Below, piece by piece: positions 36,721 through 50,724 of a DNA stretch of 64,000 nucleotides (position 1 is the stretch's first letter; each line of letters starts with the position of its first letter). A program made the translations under genes and the position numbers. Location: positions 16,630,540 to 16,694,539 of the forward strand of contig NC_068992.1 in the NCBI RefSeq assembly GCF_001194135.2. Reading direction: 5' to 3'. This stretch comes from Octopus bimaculoides (Eukaryota). A model generated the notes under the pieces. The model searched no databases. It was given only the letters and a program-made list of their open reading frames with translations, and had not been told where the DNA came from.

Positions 36721-38795
36721 AGTCCCGTTTATTGTGTTACGTAACATTGCTAAATATATTGAGAATACAAATGTAAATTGTAACTAATGCGCTTTTATAC
36801 GCTCTAACGTTGATATTAACTGATATAAATATTTTATTTCACCCTTAACGATTCCCATAGTGTTGTTACAACACTAATGTAAATATTCTATTTACATCAT
36901 ATAATGTGTTTGCATACATACCATACGTGCGCCTAACTACAACAACAGTTTGGCATTTATGTTTATACCTAGACATGTTATATAAATCAGGCTATAATTC
37001 AACGTTTATTATACTAGATTTATATATTTTCATGTTTTATCACGTCTGCAGTTGCTGGTAGTTTGTCTATTTATGATATGTTTAAATTAGTAAATGGCTA
37101 TATTTTTTTGATGGCTTAGTATAACCGATTTCAATGACGATATACTTGTAAAATAGAATGTTGACCTTCAATGTAACTCAGAACGTGATGAGTGAAGGGC
37201 GTTATTAAATACCACTATGACTTTTGTACAGTTTCTAATGTCTCTAATACACTAACAATAATGGTTTTGATTTTCAACCGAGGAACATAACAAGGCCACA
37301 TATTTTGCGAAATGCATGATGCTGTTGTTTCTAATCGTGGTGGGCTGATAACTATTTTGTCAGTTTCTTTTCCTGTTGACCTTTATTTCCTATGTTCAAA
37401 TTTTTTCACTGACTTCACAAGAGGGACTAAATATGGTCGATTTATCCGCATGCGAATACGCCATCTGTACTGGCGTTGGTATATATTTCGGACTCTCTTG
37501 TAAGGCTTTCTAATTCTAAAATGCTTTTAACCCGTTTTACTGATTTGAATGTTGTTATATTTGTATTGCTACTGTATTTGATAGCGTTGTTAGTTATTAC
37601 AGCAAGTTGATTTCCACCTCTGTCTAAAACTCGAAAGTAACTGCTACTGCAACACCTGGGCCTCCAGTACTCTAATAAATTATATTAGATGTGTTCTAGC
37701 CTGAGCACATATTTGAAGTTCGAGATTTTCTACATACTTTCAGATACGATTAGCATATCCTCCTTTATTTCATACACGGAACAACTCTTGTAGTCGGTAA
37801 TAATATGCTGATAACAAAGTGTTGTTCTTCATGTTAATTTCACCTTGACTATTTTGGTTGAACTTAGCTACATCATGTCTCATTTAGCGCAAAAATAGTT
37901 TTAAAAATATGTTTGAATCGATGTAGATATCTGGCTATTTATTTAAGCTCCTTTTCAATGACATACAACGACACACAACGTCTAATATTACCACCATTTT
38001 CTCAGGTACCCTATAAAACAGCACAAAGTCTTCATTCAACTTTCAGTCTGTGCTTGTGTACCTTTAACAAAGCTCTTGGCGTCTCTACTCACGTATCTGT
38101 AATTCAAGAACTTACATCGGATAATTTCACTTCTCACCTCTAATAGAACAGGATCAAGGGACGCATAACAGTGTTCATATTTGTGCCTGACGGCGAGTAA
38201 ATACTCTTAGCCATTTTATTGAAGACTTGCAGATGACACTGTATTAATTTTGTCGCGGACGCCGGCGAAGATTTCACTGGAAGTAAACCGTTTTGTTCGC
38301 GGTAATGACGGTAGTGGCGTGTTGGCAATAGCAGTAGCGTCAATGCTGATGCTGGTGGTGCTAGAAGCTATTTTTCTATTATAACGTTGGTGCGGCTGTC
38401 ATTGGTTTTGTCAATGCAAGCCATCTTGCCGCTGTTATTTTCCTTACTGCTATTACCACGTGACATAACGAGAATAGTGTTGAGAATACTGTTGGTAGTT
38501 TTGATTTACGAGGCGAATTCCACCTGCATAAATCGAGGTTGGAGTTGTAGTTTGACGTTGTCTTTTCTACTGCTGCTGGTACTGTTGTTGTTATTGTTTC
38601 TTTATATTGTTTTTAATATTTTGTATGTCATTGGTCTGTTGCTACTACTACATTTTCTTTCTTCAGCGAACTTTATGATGGTGGAAAATCTTTTTTATCG
38701 TAAGAGAAAGTGTTGACTTCAATATCTATGTTAGCGACCATTTGTGGTTTGATTATGCAAAATTATCTCAGTCCAAATGGTTGCTGAAACGTACT

Positions 38796-38833
38796 ACACA
38801 CACACACACACACACACATACACACACACACAC

Positions 38834-38871
<38 letters not shown>

Positions 38872-39030
38872 GACGGGTTTCTTTTCAGTTTCCGTCCACC
38901 AAATCCACTCACAAGGATTTGGTCGGACCGAGGCCATAGTAGAAGACACTTGCCCAAGTTGGCACGCAGTGGGATTGAACCCGGTACCATATGGTTGGGA
39001 AGCAAGTTTCTTACCATACAGCCTCGGCTG
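38796..39030 (-). mobile_element. SINE family B head (38868-39030) with (CA)n(TA)n
   Basis: CAGTTTCCGTCCACCAAATCCACTCACAAGG...CTTGCCCAAG...GCAGTGGGATTGAACCCGG...GGTTGGGAAGCAAG. Confidence 0.8.
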
Positions 39031-40367
39031 AGCCTATATAATTCAGCATCGACGAATTATGATTTCCGATGGTTCTTTTTGTTGTATTTAAATTTTCATT
39101 GGAGATTAAAATATTATGAAAAAAATATTCAAAATAGTAAAATTACTCGTAAATTTTGAACTCAGTACACATGTTTAGATAAACCACTTGATGATTGCAA
39201 ATGATCTGTTGATATTGTAGATAAATGTAATTATATTGTTGCTTTTAGCATTCTTATTGTGGTTGTCTATAATCATTTAATGTGAGGATTTTTTTTCATC
39301 ATTTTTACGTTGATTTCTTTTGTTTTTGTCATAGGGTTCTAATTTGCATATAATTTGCAAGATGAATAGCAATTAAGGAATAATCGTCTAAAATAATATC
39401 AAAACGATATCAGGAAATCAGAAACATAGTTTTATTTGAATAATTATTCTTATATAAACATTTCAATTCGTATTATTAGTTTTCGCCGCCTCTGTTCGTG
39501 TGTCTTACTGATGGAAAAAATACATTCCTATTAACTATTAAACTCTTTGTTTCAATTTTATCAAATACATGATTATCTGGTTTTACAATATACAGATGGC
39601 TTCCATTTTTATTATTATTTTTTTTTATTCTTGCGTCACTTGATTTGTTTATTTGTTAGTTTTCTTTTTTTTTTACGTTTACAAGGCTCCTACAGGTTCC
39701 TTAATTTCTAACGCAATATATCACCATTTATATGACAAAGAGTTTTTCAAACAATGTTTATTGTCGAAGAACACAGCAGCGATATTGGATTACCGAGTTC
39801 CATTTACTTATTATTTGAAAATGTAGTACGAAATAAAGAAAAAATATGATTACAATTCAAATTTATATATATATATATATATNNNNNNNNNNNNNNNNNN
39901 NNNNNNNNNNNNNNNNNNNNNNNNNNNNNNNNNNNNNNNNNNNNNNNNNNNNNNNNNNNNNNNNNNNNNNNNNNNNNNNNNNNNNNNNNNNNNNNNNNNN
40001 NNNNNNNNNNNNNNNNNNNNNNNNNNNNNNNNNNNNNNNNNNNNNNNNNNNNNNNNNNNNNNNNNNNNNNNNNNNNNNNNNNNNNNNNNNNNNNNNNNNN
40101 NNNNNNNNNNNNNNNNNNNNNNNNNNNNNNNNNNNNNNNNNNNNNNNNNNNNNNNNNNNNNNNNNNNNNNNNNNNNNNNNNNNNNNNNNNNNNNNNNNNN
40201 NNNNNNNNNNNNNNNNNNNNNNNNNNNNNNNNNNNNNNNNNNNNNNNNNNNNNNNNNNNNNNNNNNNNNNNNNNNNNNNNNNNNNNNNNNNNNNNNNNNN
40301 NNNNNNNNNNNNNNNNNNNNNNNNNNNNNNNNNNNNNNNNNNNNNNNNNNNNNNNNNNNNNNNNNNN

Positions 40368-40408
<41 letters not shown>

Positions 40409-40655
40409 CATTTTCTTAATGCACATTAATTGCAATTCACTTCATATATTGAAATTCAATTACGATATTTAATGATACAGCCATTACTGCCATGCATTCA
40501 TATTCAGACACCTACGCAGTGGAAGACGTGAAGGTATGTATCTACCATATGTATATGGCTGTTATGCGTATGTATATATATACATTTATATTTCCGTATC
40601 TGTATGCATACATCTATGCATGTATATACTCACACAGCTGCACACACACACACAG

Positions 40656-40686
<31 letters not shown>

Positions 40687-40704
40687 CACACGCACACACA
40701 CACG

Positions 40705-40750
<46 letters not shown>

Positions 40751-41489
40751 TAAACAAATTATTCGTTTCTGTGTCTATATATGTATGTATCTACGTATGT
40801 ATATGGAGATTGAAAGAGAGAGAGTAAAAGAGGGAGAGAGATTAATATTCATATTTTTGCTGTGTATACACTGTTTGTATTTATGTGACAGATAAATATA
40901 GTTTATGTTTTCCTTAAAGGTAAAACACAGATGATTGATTCTAAAGTGATGTCCGTGTTTTCTCTCTATAAATATTATATAATAAATGTAGGAGACGAAT
41001 ATATTAAATTCCTGGTGCTTCTTACGCATACAATTGGTGTATTGCACAAGTGTTGTGAATAAATTATATTTCTTATCTCTTTCTTTCTTTGTAAAGAACA
41101 CTCATTCTAAATGTGATTATCTCTCCAGATATGAAAAAGAACATTTTCCTATCTACATTATATTAATTTTATTAAGTAAAGTATTAAGTGTTATAGCCAC
41201 TAGATTTTTGTTTATGTTAGCCTAGGTAAGAATCAGAAAGATAATAAATAGTTGAAGTAGTGTATGCTTCTGTCTATTGAGACGATGCTGAGATTAATGT
41301 TTGAGGAAAAAACATTGTGCTCGAAATACTGCATCTAAATCGAACGCAGGAACTTGCACGAAGAACAAAAAATATACACTGTAAAAGGGTTAGAAAACAC
41401 TGTACAATGTGTACAATGAAATCTTTGAAAGTACGTAGTATCGCAGAGAGAATAACTTACCTTATTTTTATTTTCGATCACAGTCTAAA

Positions 41490-41840
41490 ACTGTTGCTGT
41501 TGGCACTCCGTCGCTTACGACGTCGAGGGTTCCAGTTGATCCGATCAACAGAACAGCCTGCTCGTGAAATTAACGTGCAAGTGGCTGTGCACTCCACAGA
41601 CACGTGTACCCTTAACGTAGTTCTCGGGGATATTGAACGTGACACAGTGTGACAAGGCTGACCCTTTGAATTACAGGCACAGCAGAAACAGGAAGTAAGA
41701 GTGACAGAAAGGTGTGGTGAAAGAGTACAGCAGGGTTCACCACCATCCCCTACCGGAGCCTCGTGGAGCTTTAGGTGTTTTCGCTCAATAAACACTCACA
41801 ACGCCCGGTCTAGGAATCGAAACCGCGATCCTATGACCGT
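41490..41840 (-). mobile_element. Long-bodied tRNA-derived SINE (family D), head truncated
   Basis: Minus-strand B-box GGTTTCGATTCCTAGACCGGGCG, GC-richer body, 3' end ...CGACGGAGTGCCAACAGCAAC. Confidence 0.55.
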
Positions 41841-42024
41841 AGTATAAATAAGNNNNNNNNNNNNNNNNNNNNATATGCCCATGTGTTGGAAACACGTTAC
41901 TTGCCATGCAGCCGTTCCTGCGCCTCCACACAGCAAATCCTACGTTACCGGAAGTCTATCGATCTAACACAAACATTTTAGAGAATTATACTGTTGTATA
42001 TCTTTGTCTGTGTGCCTGTGTGTG

Positions 42025-42064
<40 letters not shown>

Positions 42065-42965
42065 CGTGCGTGTGTGTTTGTGTGTACAGAAGCGAATATA
42101 CAACTTTTCTCCTTGAACGGAATACATGTATGACCTTCATAAATCTCTCAAGCTCTAAAACAGTTTTCTAAAAGCTAGAGTTTTGTTGATTTCAAGCCAC
42201 ATACAAATTATTTTATTTACCATGTAATGTTCAATCCCCAAATATATCCATATATGATGTTATATTTAACCACAAGTTTTATCTGATAATGACAAGGTAG
42301 CGTAAGCTTCATGCATATTCCACAAATATGCTCTTATATGGTAGAAACTATGCAAACGGCATCGAAACGAGACGAAATATATTGGTAATATAATATATTG
42401 CTTCAACCAAATTATACGTTTCTGACGATTTACAGCAGATTATGCCCGCTGTTTATCAAATCAATTAATTCGATTATTTCAACAATGATTGCGATCAAGT
42501 CATTACTAGTTTTAGTGGAGGAATTTTGAGTTTATAATACATAAACTACTTCTGAAAGTATTTTATGTAACATAAGTAAATTACACTTCATAACCTGCGA
42601 CAATCTAAGAATTTCACCTCCAACGTCCATTGTGAACGACACCAGTCTCTCCCTTTGATCATTTACTCGTTGTGAACGGAAACCGACGGATGACGCGTGG
42701 ATGAGGTAATTATCCATCATTCCTTGGTTGTTGTATTCAAGCGGGTGGAGCTTGCACTGCGGATTTTAATTATATCCCAGTAAAGTATCGGCTGCCTCGG
42801 ACACTTGGCAAATAATACTCTCAGGGAGACCACGCAGGCCTAAGCAACCGGATGTTGGACATGCTAACGCAACATTTTAAGATCGGCCGTAATGGATACT
42901 CTACGCTTCGATTACTACTTACATACATACATACATAAATACATACATACACAATCATAAGGATA

Positions 42966-43075
42966 TATTAGGTTGTTCATGAGCTTCAGTCTTTTGACCA
43001 ACTGTATGATTAAATATTACTAATGGTCATCAAATCTGGTCAAGACATTTAAAATTTACAGCCAATGACCTAATA
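42966..43075. mobile_element. Possible mariner-derived MITE
   Basis: TATTAGGTTG ... GACCTAATA termini resemble mariner TTAGGTTG TIRs with TA; degenerate. Confidence 0.35.
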
Positions 43076-44870
43076 ATAAATCGGATACTTTTACATTTTC
43101 TACATCAATGAAACTAATTGCGGAAGCAAAATTGGAAAACACCTATCTGTGGTCGGACATTCGCCTACGTGACTGCACCACTTTCTGTATTGACTTTATG
43201 TATTCAGTAACATATGATGCACATATACCATTAAAACGAAATCTTAAATCTTGTTAATAAATTACAGCTGATGATATTGTAATAAAGACAACCAGTTTCT
43301 CATCTATGTGAGAGATTATTGTTTTCGGTATTGTATATCATTACTATGTTATGTTCTATGTTTGACGTCAGAAATTTCGGTCATCTTAAAGCTTACTAAA
43401 AAAGAATCAGTGTTTAATATGATTCAATCATTCTACACGCAACACTAATGCTTTCTACGCAAGTGTATAACCAATGCATAGGTAAGTTCATTATGCTTTG
43501 TTAAAATGTTCCTAACCAGATATCTATTTCTTGGTTTCTACATTTCTGTCTATTCTTTCGCGTAAACTATCTTCTTATGATTTCATACTTGTATCAACCT
43601 CAACTTTGTCCACTTCAAACTAAATACTGAATGTATACAAGAGCCGACATTTTGAGAAACATTTCAAGTGGTATGTAAGATTGGCGTATTAGTTACACAA
43701 GAATTTTGGAATTATTGACAATCTCAGTTCCAAGTATATGCACATATTTGAGATTTTACTCAAAGAAAACTAAGCGTTATTAATATTCCTTACATTTCTA
43801 ACTGATGGGAACTCGTTGTTAAGCCGTTTTGACATAACGATACATTAATGTATTGTTATATATTTTCTAATATCTGACTGCTTTACGGAACCCACTCTTA
43901 TTAGTAATCTGATTTCTTTTCCTCTCGTTCACAGTGTTCGTTTTATTTTAACTTTATATGTTTTATGGTTAGTTTGTGACTGTTTCTTTTTTTATTATAT
44001 CTATCAACCACGTTCAATTTTTGTCTTGAATTAATCTTGACAGAATATCACGAATCATCTGTTTCAACCTGTTTCTCCCATTTCATTCTTTACATTTTCG
44101 CATTTTATTTTCTGTAGTCTCATAGTTTGGTCATTGATTTTTCCATTTACTTTAGACGTTGGAATGTATTTTCTGTCTAAAACAGATATATTTGAAAACA
44201 GAAATTCATTTTACAAATCTTTTTCGGTGTTTGTGATATATCCTGGTCGAAGATTAAGTTTAATATAACACAGTGATATTGCATAATGGTTATTTTTAAC
44301 TCTTGTAGCGTTATGTAATTTCATTTGTACTGAAGTGTTTCCGAATTTTTCTTTCATTTTCCATTTCAGTGGTATTTATATTCTGTATATTAATTTAATC
44401 TTATATATTTTTATGCTTGATACTTTCTTTCGAAATTTGTATCTATTCCTACATTATTTCCTGATAATGCATCTGGGTACAATTTATATTCTTATAAGTT
44501 ATGTTAAGGAACTGTATGATTCTTATTTTCTCGATCGTCCATGAAAAGTATTATATATTTGTCTTAAACAAACGAAAATACAATAAGATAAACAACTGAT
44601 TCACTGTCAACGTACGCTGATCACGTTGACCTTCCACTAGTATGATTTATATACGTGTATGCGTGTATGTGCATGCAAGAAGAGTGGGTATGCATCAAAC
44701 TGAAAATACATATGTTATGTAGAGCTGCGGGAAGAATAGGATTCTGCTTTTCAATAATATTCTCAAAGTTTTTTATACATGCACCACTGTCTTACACAAA
44801 CACACACGCACGCACACACGCACACATCAGCGCACGCATACATGTAGGTATCAAAGAATATACTTTTATC

Positions 44871-45465
44871 TACGCGGTCTGATCGATGAGTTACCGGACT
44901 GTTGCCATAGTAATAAAGCTAAAACCAGCACAGTGACGCCGCTTGACACAGATTGACCATGAAGTCTGCTGTGCATGCGCTCTAAGGTTTAACTTCCTAG
45001 CTCAATTCTGCTGTTTGCAGCAGTGCTTGGAAGGATGGTGTGTAGCGTGTGATCGTCGCATTGACCATGACCGAGAAAGTTTAGCAGAGAATTTGCATCA
45101 AATTTTGCGAAAAGCTTGGCGATACCTGCTGAGGGGGCCTACGCAATGTTTTCAAAACGTTTTCAACGTTGTCGACACAATCAACTGAAATTCGAACGTC
45201 CTTTTGGTCTGCTGAAAGTAGTTTTTGCGCAAACTTGGGAGACACGTCTCTCATACCCAAATCTTCAGCGATAATGGACTGAACCGTAACTAATCTGCCC
45301 ATCCTCTGATAACTCACGGAGGGTGATTCGACGATTTACCTCACAGCTGCATGCACATCTGCGATGTTTTTTCTCAATTCTGCTGGTTGCGGGTCTCCCA
45401 GAACGTTCGTTATTATCGACATTTTTTGGCCATCTCAGAAACATTTGAACCACTCATACACTTTA
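44871..45465. mobile_element. Mariner remnant with an internal inversion of the transposase
   Basis: Plus strand: probable TIR start TACGCGGTCTG and MTEKV*QRICIKFCEKLGDTC from 45067. Minus strand from about 45463 down to 45148: VYEWFKCF...ERSGRPATSR...NRRITLRELS...DLGMRDVSPKFAQKLLSADQK...ENVLKT. Confidence 0.75.
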
Positions 45466-45865
45466 ATCGATAATAAGGTATATTTCTTGAGAAATTTTTA
45501 ATGGGAAATATTTCTGTAAGACTCAATACGGTATACCCTGTAATGTACTATGTGACTAGTTGCCGAAATTATCAAATACGAGATTTCTAATTTTATCTCA
45601 CCGAAGAAAATATCAAGATGGAATTGTTTACATTAAATCTGAAATTTACAAGATGGTACCTACACAAATTCTCAACTGAATTGAACACCTATTTTGTATA
45701 TCTTAAACTACCTCTGCAGAGATCCGACTTACAAATAATTTTTTATCTTATTAAATAATTTTCTGAAGTTCTGGAATTGAAACTCCTGTAAGAGATGTTT
45801 GTCAATTTTTTAATTCATAAATAATAATTTATTAATTCCCTCTCTACTTACTTAATTTATTAGAC

Positions 45866-45867
<2 letters not shown>

Positions 45868-45920
<53 letters not shown>

Positions 45921-45962
45921 CAGAGACAGATAGAGTGATTGATTGATAGATATAGGTATATA
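45868..45962. repeat. (GATA)n microsatellite
   Basis: Read directly from sequence. Confidence 0.95.
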
Positions 45963-47794
45963 NNNNNNNNNNNNNNNNNNNNNNNNNNNNNNNNNNNNNN
46001 NNNNNNNNNNNNNNNNNNNNNNNNNNNNNNNNNNNNNNNNNNNNNNNNNNNNNNNNNNNNNNNNNNNNNNNNNNNNNNNNNNNNNNNNNNNNNNNNNNNN
46101 NNNNNNNNNNNNNNNNNNNNNNNNNNNNNNNNNNNNNNNNNNNTAAATATATATATATATATAGAGAGAGAGAGATTAATGGAGAGTGAGATAGAGGGGG
46201 GGGGGACAAAGCAGCAGGCAGACAGAGAATGAAGATTGTGATTTACGTAACTATATTCTATTATTGCATCATGCAACAACTAATTTACTAATTCCTTAAT
46301 GATTCAAGGAACTAATTACAAAGATAAACCTCAAACATTCTCATTAGATCTTAAATTTATTGTAGTGAATTCGTATAGTTTCCAAGAGATATTCATATTG
46401 AAATCGGATGTATTTTGAGAGAGTTACAAACATCAAGAATCCTGGGTGGACTGTGTACAACAGGAATATTAAATTACCTTCGTTGAATTATTATATACTT
46501 TGCTAAAATCGCAGTCCTGGTAGGTCAAGACATCAGGCAGCATAAGCGCAAGCCAGACAGTGGGAATTAAAACTATGTATGTTTACTACTGGTTGAAGTG
46601 TGTAAGTTTTCTATGTACCTGGAAATGAGACAGGAGGAAGTGTAACAGTATGCGTAATAAATACATGCAAAAATCAGGAGTTAAAATAAAATAAAATTGA
46701 ATTTAGTTAACTGCATTGTGCAGAATTAGATTAAAAGGTAAAAATTAGGAAAAGTGTACTTGAAACGTTGCATGCTATTATTCACAAGTAAAGTATTTCT
46801 TCAATCTCTAATTTCTATTACTACACACACACTCACACACACGTGTATATATATATATATATATNNNNNNNNNNNNNNNNNNNNNNNNNNNNNNNNNNNN
46901 NNNNNNNNNNNNNNNNNNNNNNNNNNNNNNNNNNNNNNNNNNNNNNNNNNNNNNNNNNNNNNNNNNNNNNNNNNNNNNNNNNNNNNNNNNNNNNNNNNNN
47001 NNNNNNNNNNNNNNNNNNNNNNNNNNNNNNNNNNNNNNNNNNNNNNNNNNNNNNNNNNNNNNNNNNNNNNNNNNNNNNNNNNNNNNNNNNNNNNNNNNNN
47101 NNNNNNNNNNNNNNNNNNNNNNNNNNNNNNNNNNNNNNNNNNNNNNNNNNNNNNNNNNNNNNNNNNNNNNNNNNNNNNNNNNNNNNNNNNNNNNNNNNNN
47201 NNNNNNNNNNNNNNNNNNNNNNNNNNNNNNNNNNNNNNNNNNNNNNNNNNNNNNNNNNNNNNNNNNNNNNNNNNNNNNNNNNNNNNNNNNNNNNNNNNNN
47301 NNNNNNNNNNNNNNNNNNNNNNNNNNNNNNNNNNNNNNNNNNNNNNNNNNNNNNNNNNNNNNNNNNNNNNNNNNNNNNNNNNNNNNNNNNNNNNNNNNNN
47401 NNNNNNNNNNNNNNNNNNNNNNNNNNNNNNNNNNNNNNNNNNNNNNNNNNNNNNNNNTGTGTGTGTGTGTGTGTGTGTGTGTGTACCATATCATATTATG
47501 CATGTAATATTATATCATATTTTATGGAGCGACAAACTGTCGACGTTCATAATGATAGTCTTCTCATATTAATAAATCACGCATTAATCTTTGTTACATA
47601 GATACATCTTCACTGCATATATCTTCTATTTTGAACATTTTAGTTCGATAATAAGTGTGATTTCTTCGTGGAAAAATGGATTTCTATCAAATTTTCTTCG
47701 CAAATAATAATTTTCTTTATCTGACTCCATTTTGATATTCTACAACATTCCTCTATACCACTATTATTGTACCATTACTGTTTTCTCATTTTCA

Positions 47795-47800
47795 CTATTA

Positions 47801-47870
<70 letters not shown>

Positions 47871-47960
47871 CATCATCATCACTATTATTACTATTATTGT
47901 TGTTATTATTTATATCATTATTATTATTATCATTGTTCTTGTTATTATTATTATTACTAT
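47795..47960. repeat. (ATT)n microsatellite with degenerate extension
   Basis: Read directly from sequence. Confidence 0.95.
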
Positions 47961-48294
47961 GCTAAACATACATGCAATATATATTGAAATTATGTCATTA
48001 TCTAGAGAGCTTGAAATTTTAGAAGGTTGTATTAAAGAAAGTGATAGAAATATCTAGAAATACGGATACAAAAGAAGATTTTGTCTGGTTCAAAATCTCT
48101 GACGCCGTTTGTCTTAATCTAATCGCTGAAAGATCTAATTGCTTTACACAAAATATACCACTGTTTAGGAGACCAAATTATATGGATTCTTCATGTATTT
48201 ATTTATTTTTGCTTTCGTATTTCAATAAGCAAAATGTTCAACGTTTTCCAGAAAAAGTAATGTCATCATGTAGAGTGTCTAATAATTGTCTAAT

Positions 48295-48350
<56 letters not shown>

Positions 48351-48353
<3 letters not shown>

Positions 48354-49151
48354 TAGTTTTATTTTTATAACGTGCTTTCACTTCACTACCGAGCGCAGCT
48401 CTGTGCGCCTTGGGTATGTGCTGTGGTTTGCTGTGGTGCTCTTATGNNNNNNNNNNNNNNNNNNNNNNNNNNNNNNNNNNNNNNNNNNNNNNNNNNNNNN
48501 NNNNNNNNNNNNNNNNNNNNNNNNNNNNNNNNNNNNNNNNNNNNNNNNNNNNNNNNNNNNNNNNNNNNNNNNNNNNNNNNNNNNNNNNNNNNNNNNNNNN
48601 NNNNNNNNNNNNNNNNNNNNNNNNNNNNNNNNNNNNNNNNNNNNNNNNNNNNNNNNNNNNNNNNNNNNNNNNNNNNNNNNNNNNNNNNNNNNNNNNNNNN
48701 NNNNNNNNNNNNNNNNNNNNNNNNNNNNNNNNNNNNNNNNNNNNNNNNNNNNNNNNNNNNNNNNNNNNNNNNNNNNNNNNNNNNNNNNNNNNNNNNNNNN
48801 NNNNNNNNNNNNNNNNNNNNNNNNNNNNNNNNNNNNNNNNNNNNNNNNNNNNNNNNNNNNNNNNNNNNNNNNNNNNNNNNNNNNNNNNNNNNNNNNNNNN
48901 NNNNNNNNNNNNNNNNNNNNNNNNNNNNNNNNNNNNNNNNNNNNNNNNNNNNNNNNNNNNNNNNNNNNNNNNNNNNNNTCTTTGTATTTTGAAAGTTTTT
49001 CCATTTCTTTTAGAGAAACGTTGTCATCTGCTGGTATTGAAACATCATTTAGAAGGCATTTTTTTCCTTCATGATCTTTGACAACTATATCTGGTCTATT
49101 TTCCTTAATTTCTCTATCTGTGCGTATTGGCATATCCCAGAGTATGGTTGC

Positions 49152-49152
<1 letters not shown>
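48351..49152 (-). mobile_element. 5'-truncated Dong-type LINE inserted in (TAA)n
   Basis: ATILWDMPIRTDREIKENRPDIVVKDHEGKKCLLNDVSIPADDNVSLKEMEKLSKYK (intact RPD motif), a gap, then the 3' UTR. (ATT)n on both sides at 48296-48350 and 49154-49243. Confidence 0.85.
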
Positions 49153-49244
<92 letters not shown>

Positions 49245-49329
49245 ATAATTATTTTAACTATTGTTGCGCGTAAAACTGTTACAGGCTAATTTAATTAACA
49301 CGGAAATAATATTGAGATTTGACGGCAAT

Positions 49330-49720
49330 AAGTCAGTCCGACTTTTGAGAATCTTTCGTAGGATTCTTATTGAATTCAGGATGTCTGCAGCTTGAGAATA
49401 CGGGACTCAATTCCAATATTCTTCAGCTTCTTCTTCTCAGTGTTTGATTCCATCGTATTCATATAATCACAAGTCTTTGTGCCCTTCATCAGGTTCTTAT
49501 TCTTTTATAGCTGTTTGTAGCTCAACTTCGACGTTGGGAGATTTTGACAGTTTCCCAGTGGTCGAGGTAGCTTTTACGCATTTCTAAAGGCTAAATTCCA
49601 TCCTAATGTCATCACTAAACTGTTTACAACTGATAGTCGACCTGAAAGATATTACTGAATAAACTAAGTATCTCAGCAACAATTTTCAAAACATAAGTTT
49701 CATTATCTCTTTATTCCCCT
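49330..49720 (-). mobile_element. Dong-type RT remnant
   Basis: FSDDIRMEFSL*KCVKAT...GKL...IRILRKILKS. Confidence 0.6.
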
Positions 49721-50290
49721 AGATAGGCCTTGATATTTTTCCTTGGTGCCACTCTATTATTAATTATTAATTAAGTCAGTCATCTTTCACTGCTTTTCCG
49801 ACTGTTCTCTTTGCTTCAAAACTATAAGCAAGCTCCATAGAAAAACAAAATAAAATTCTGTAATTACACAACATCACAACTTCTGACTTATGTTCAAGCC
49901 ACATTCTCTCACTTCGAATTTACTAACATGATTAAAATCACAATGCACTAAACTATGCAATCATGTCTAAGTTCATATTAATTTGAGTTAACTTTCTGCG
50001 CTCAGTACATAGTTGGTTAAAGCGTCTATCCTTTTTCTTATTCCTTCACCACCTGCTCTATGACATTCATCTTTGCGAAATTCGTTATAATGGCTTCTAC
50101 CTGGGGCTATAATTAGGAATTCAGTTTCTCGTTTTCGATCTGTCTTACAACAGTCATGTCGCTGAAGTTCCTAAACTTTCAATCATTTGTCCAGTAATAC
50201 ACACTTCTGTTCTTGAATTCTTACAATGTTTTGCTGAATGTTTTCGATATTACTAGTACCAAGTAATTCTTATTATTATAGCATGAAGAA

Positions 50291-50712
50291 AGGCGGTGAG
50301 TTTGCAGTCTCTTTAGAACGCCGGGCAAGATGCTTCGTGATATTTCGTCTGCCGCTACGTTCTGAGTTCAAATAACAGCGAGGTCGACCTTGTCTTTTAT
50401 CCTTTCGGGGTCAATAAATAAGTACCAGTGAAACACTGGGATCGATGTAATCGACTATTCCCCTCCCCTCATGTTTCAGGCCCTGTGCCTATCATAGAAA
50501 GGATTATTATAGCACAAGAAAAGGCGAAATTCTTAGCGGTGTTTCGCCCGTCGATACGTTCTGCGTTCAAATTCCATCGAGGTCGACTTTACCTTTTATC
50601 ATTTCAGGGATGATAAATTAAGTAACAGTGAAAGACTTGGGACGATATAATCGACTAGTTTCCGCTCCCCATCCAAGTTTCAGGCCTTGTGCATTTGGTA
50701 GAAAGGATTATT
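50291..50712 (+). mobile_element. Tandem pair of SINE family A copies (50291-50508 and 50521-50712)
   Basis: Both have the B-box and GAGGTCGAC core and end AGAAAGGATTATT. Confidence 0.8.
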
Positions 50713-50724
50713 ATAGCATGAAAA

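Noticed and set aside
38051-38085. Minus-strand 35-nt exon encoding kinase-like YVSRDAKSFVK
   Set aside because: Weak donor (GTACAC), phase incompatible with the nearby ATG, and similarity too short.
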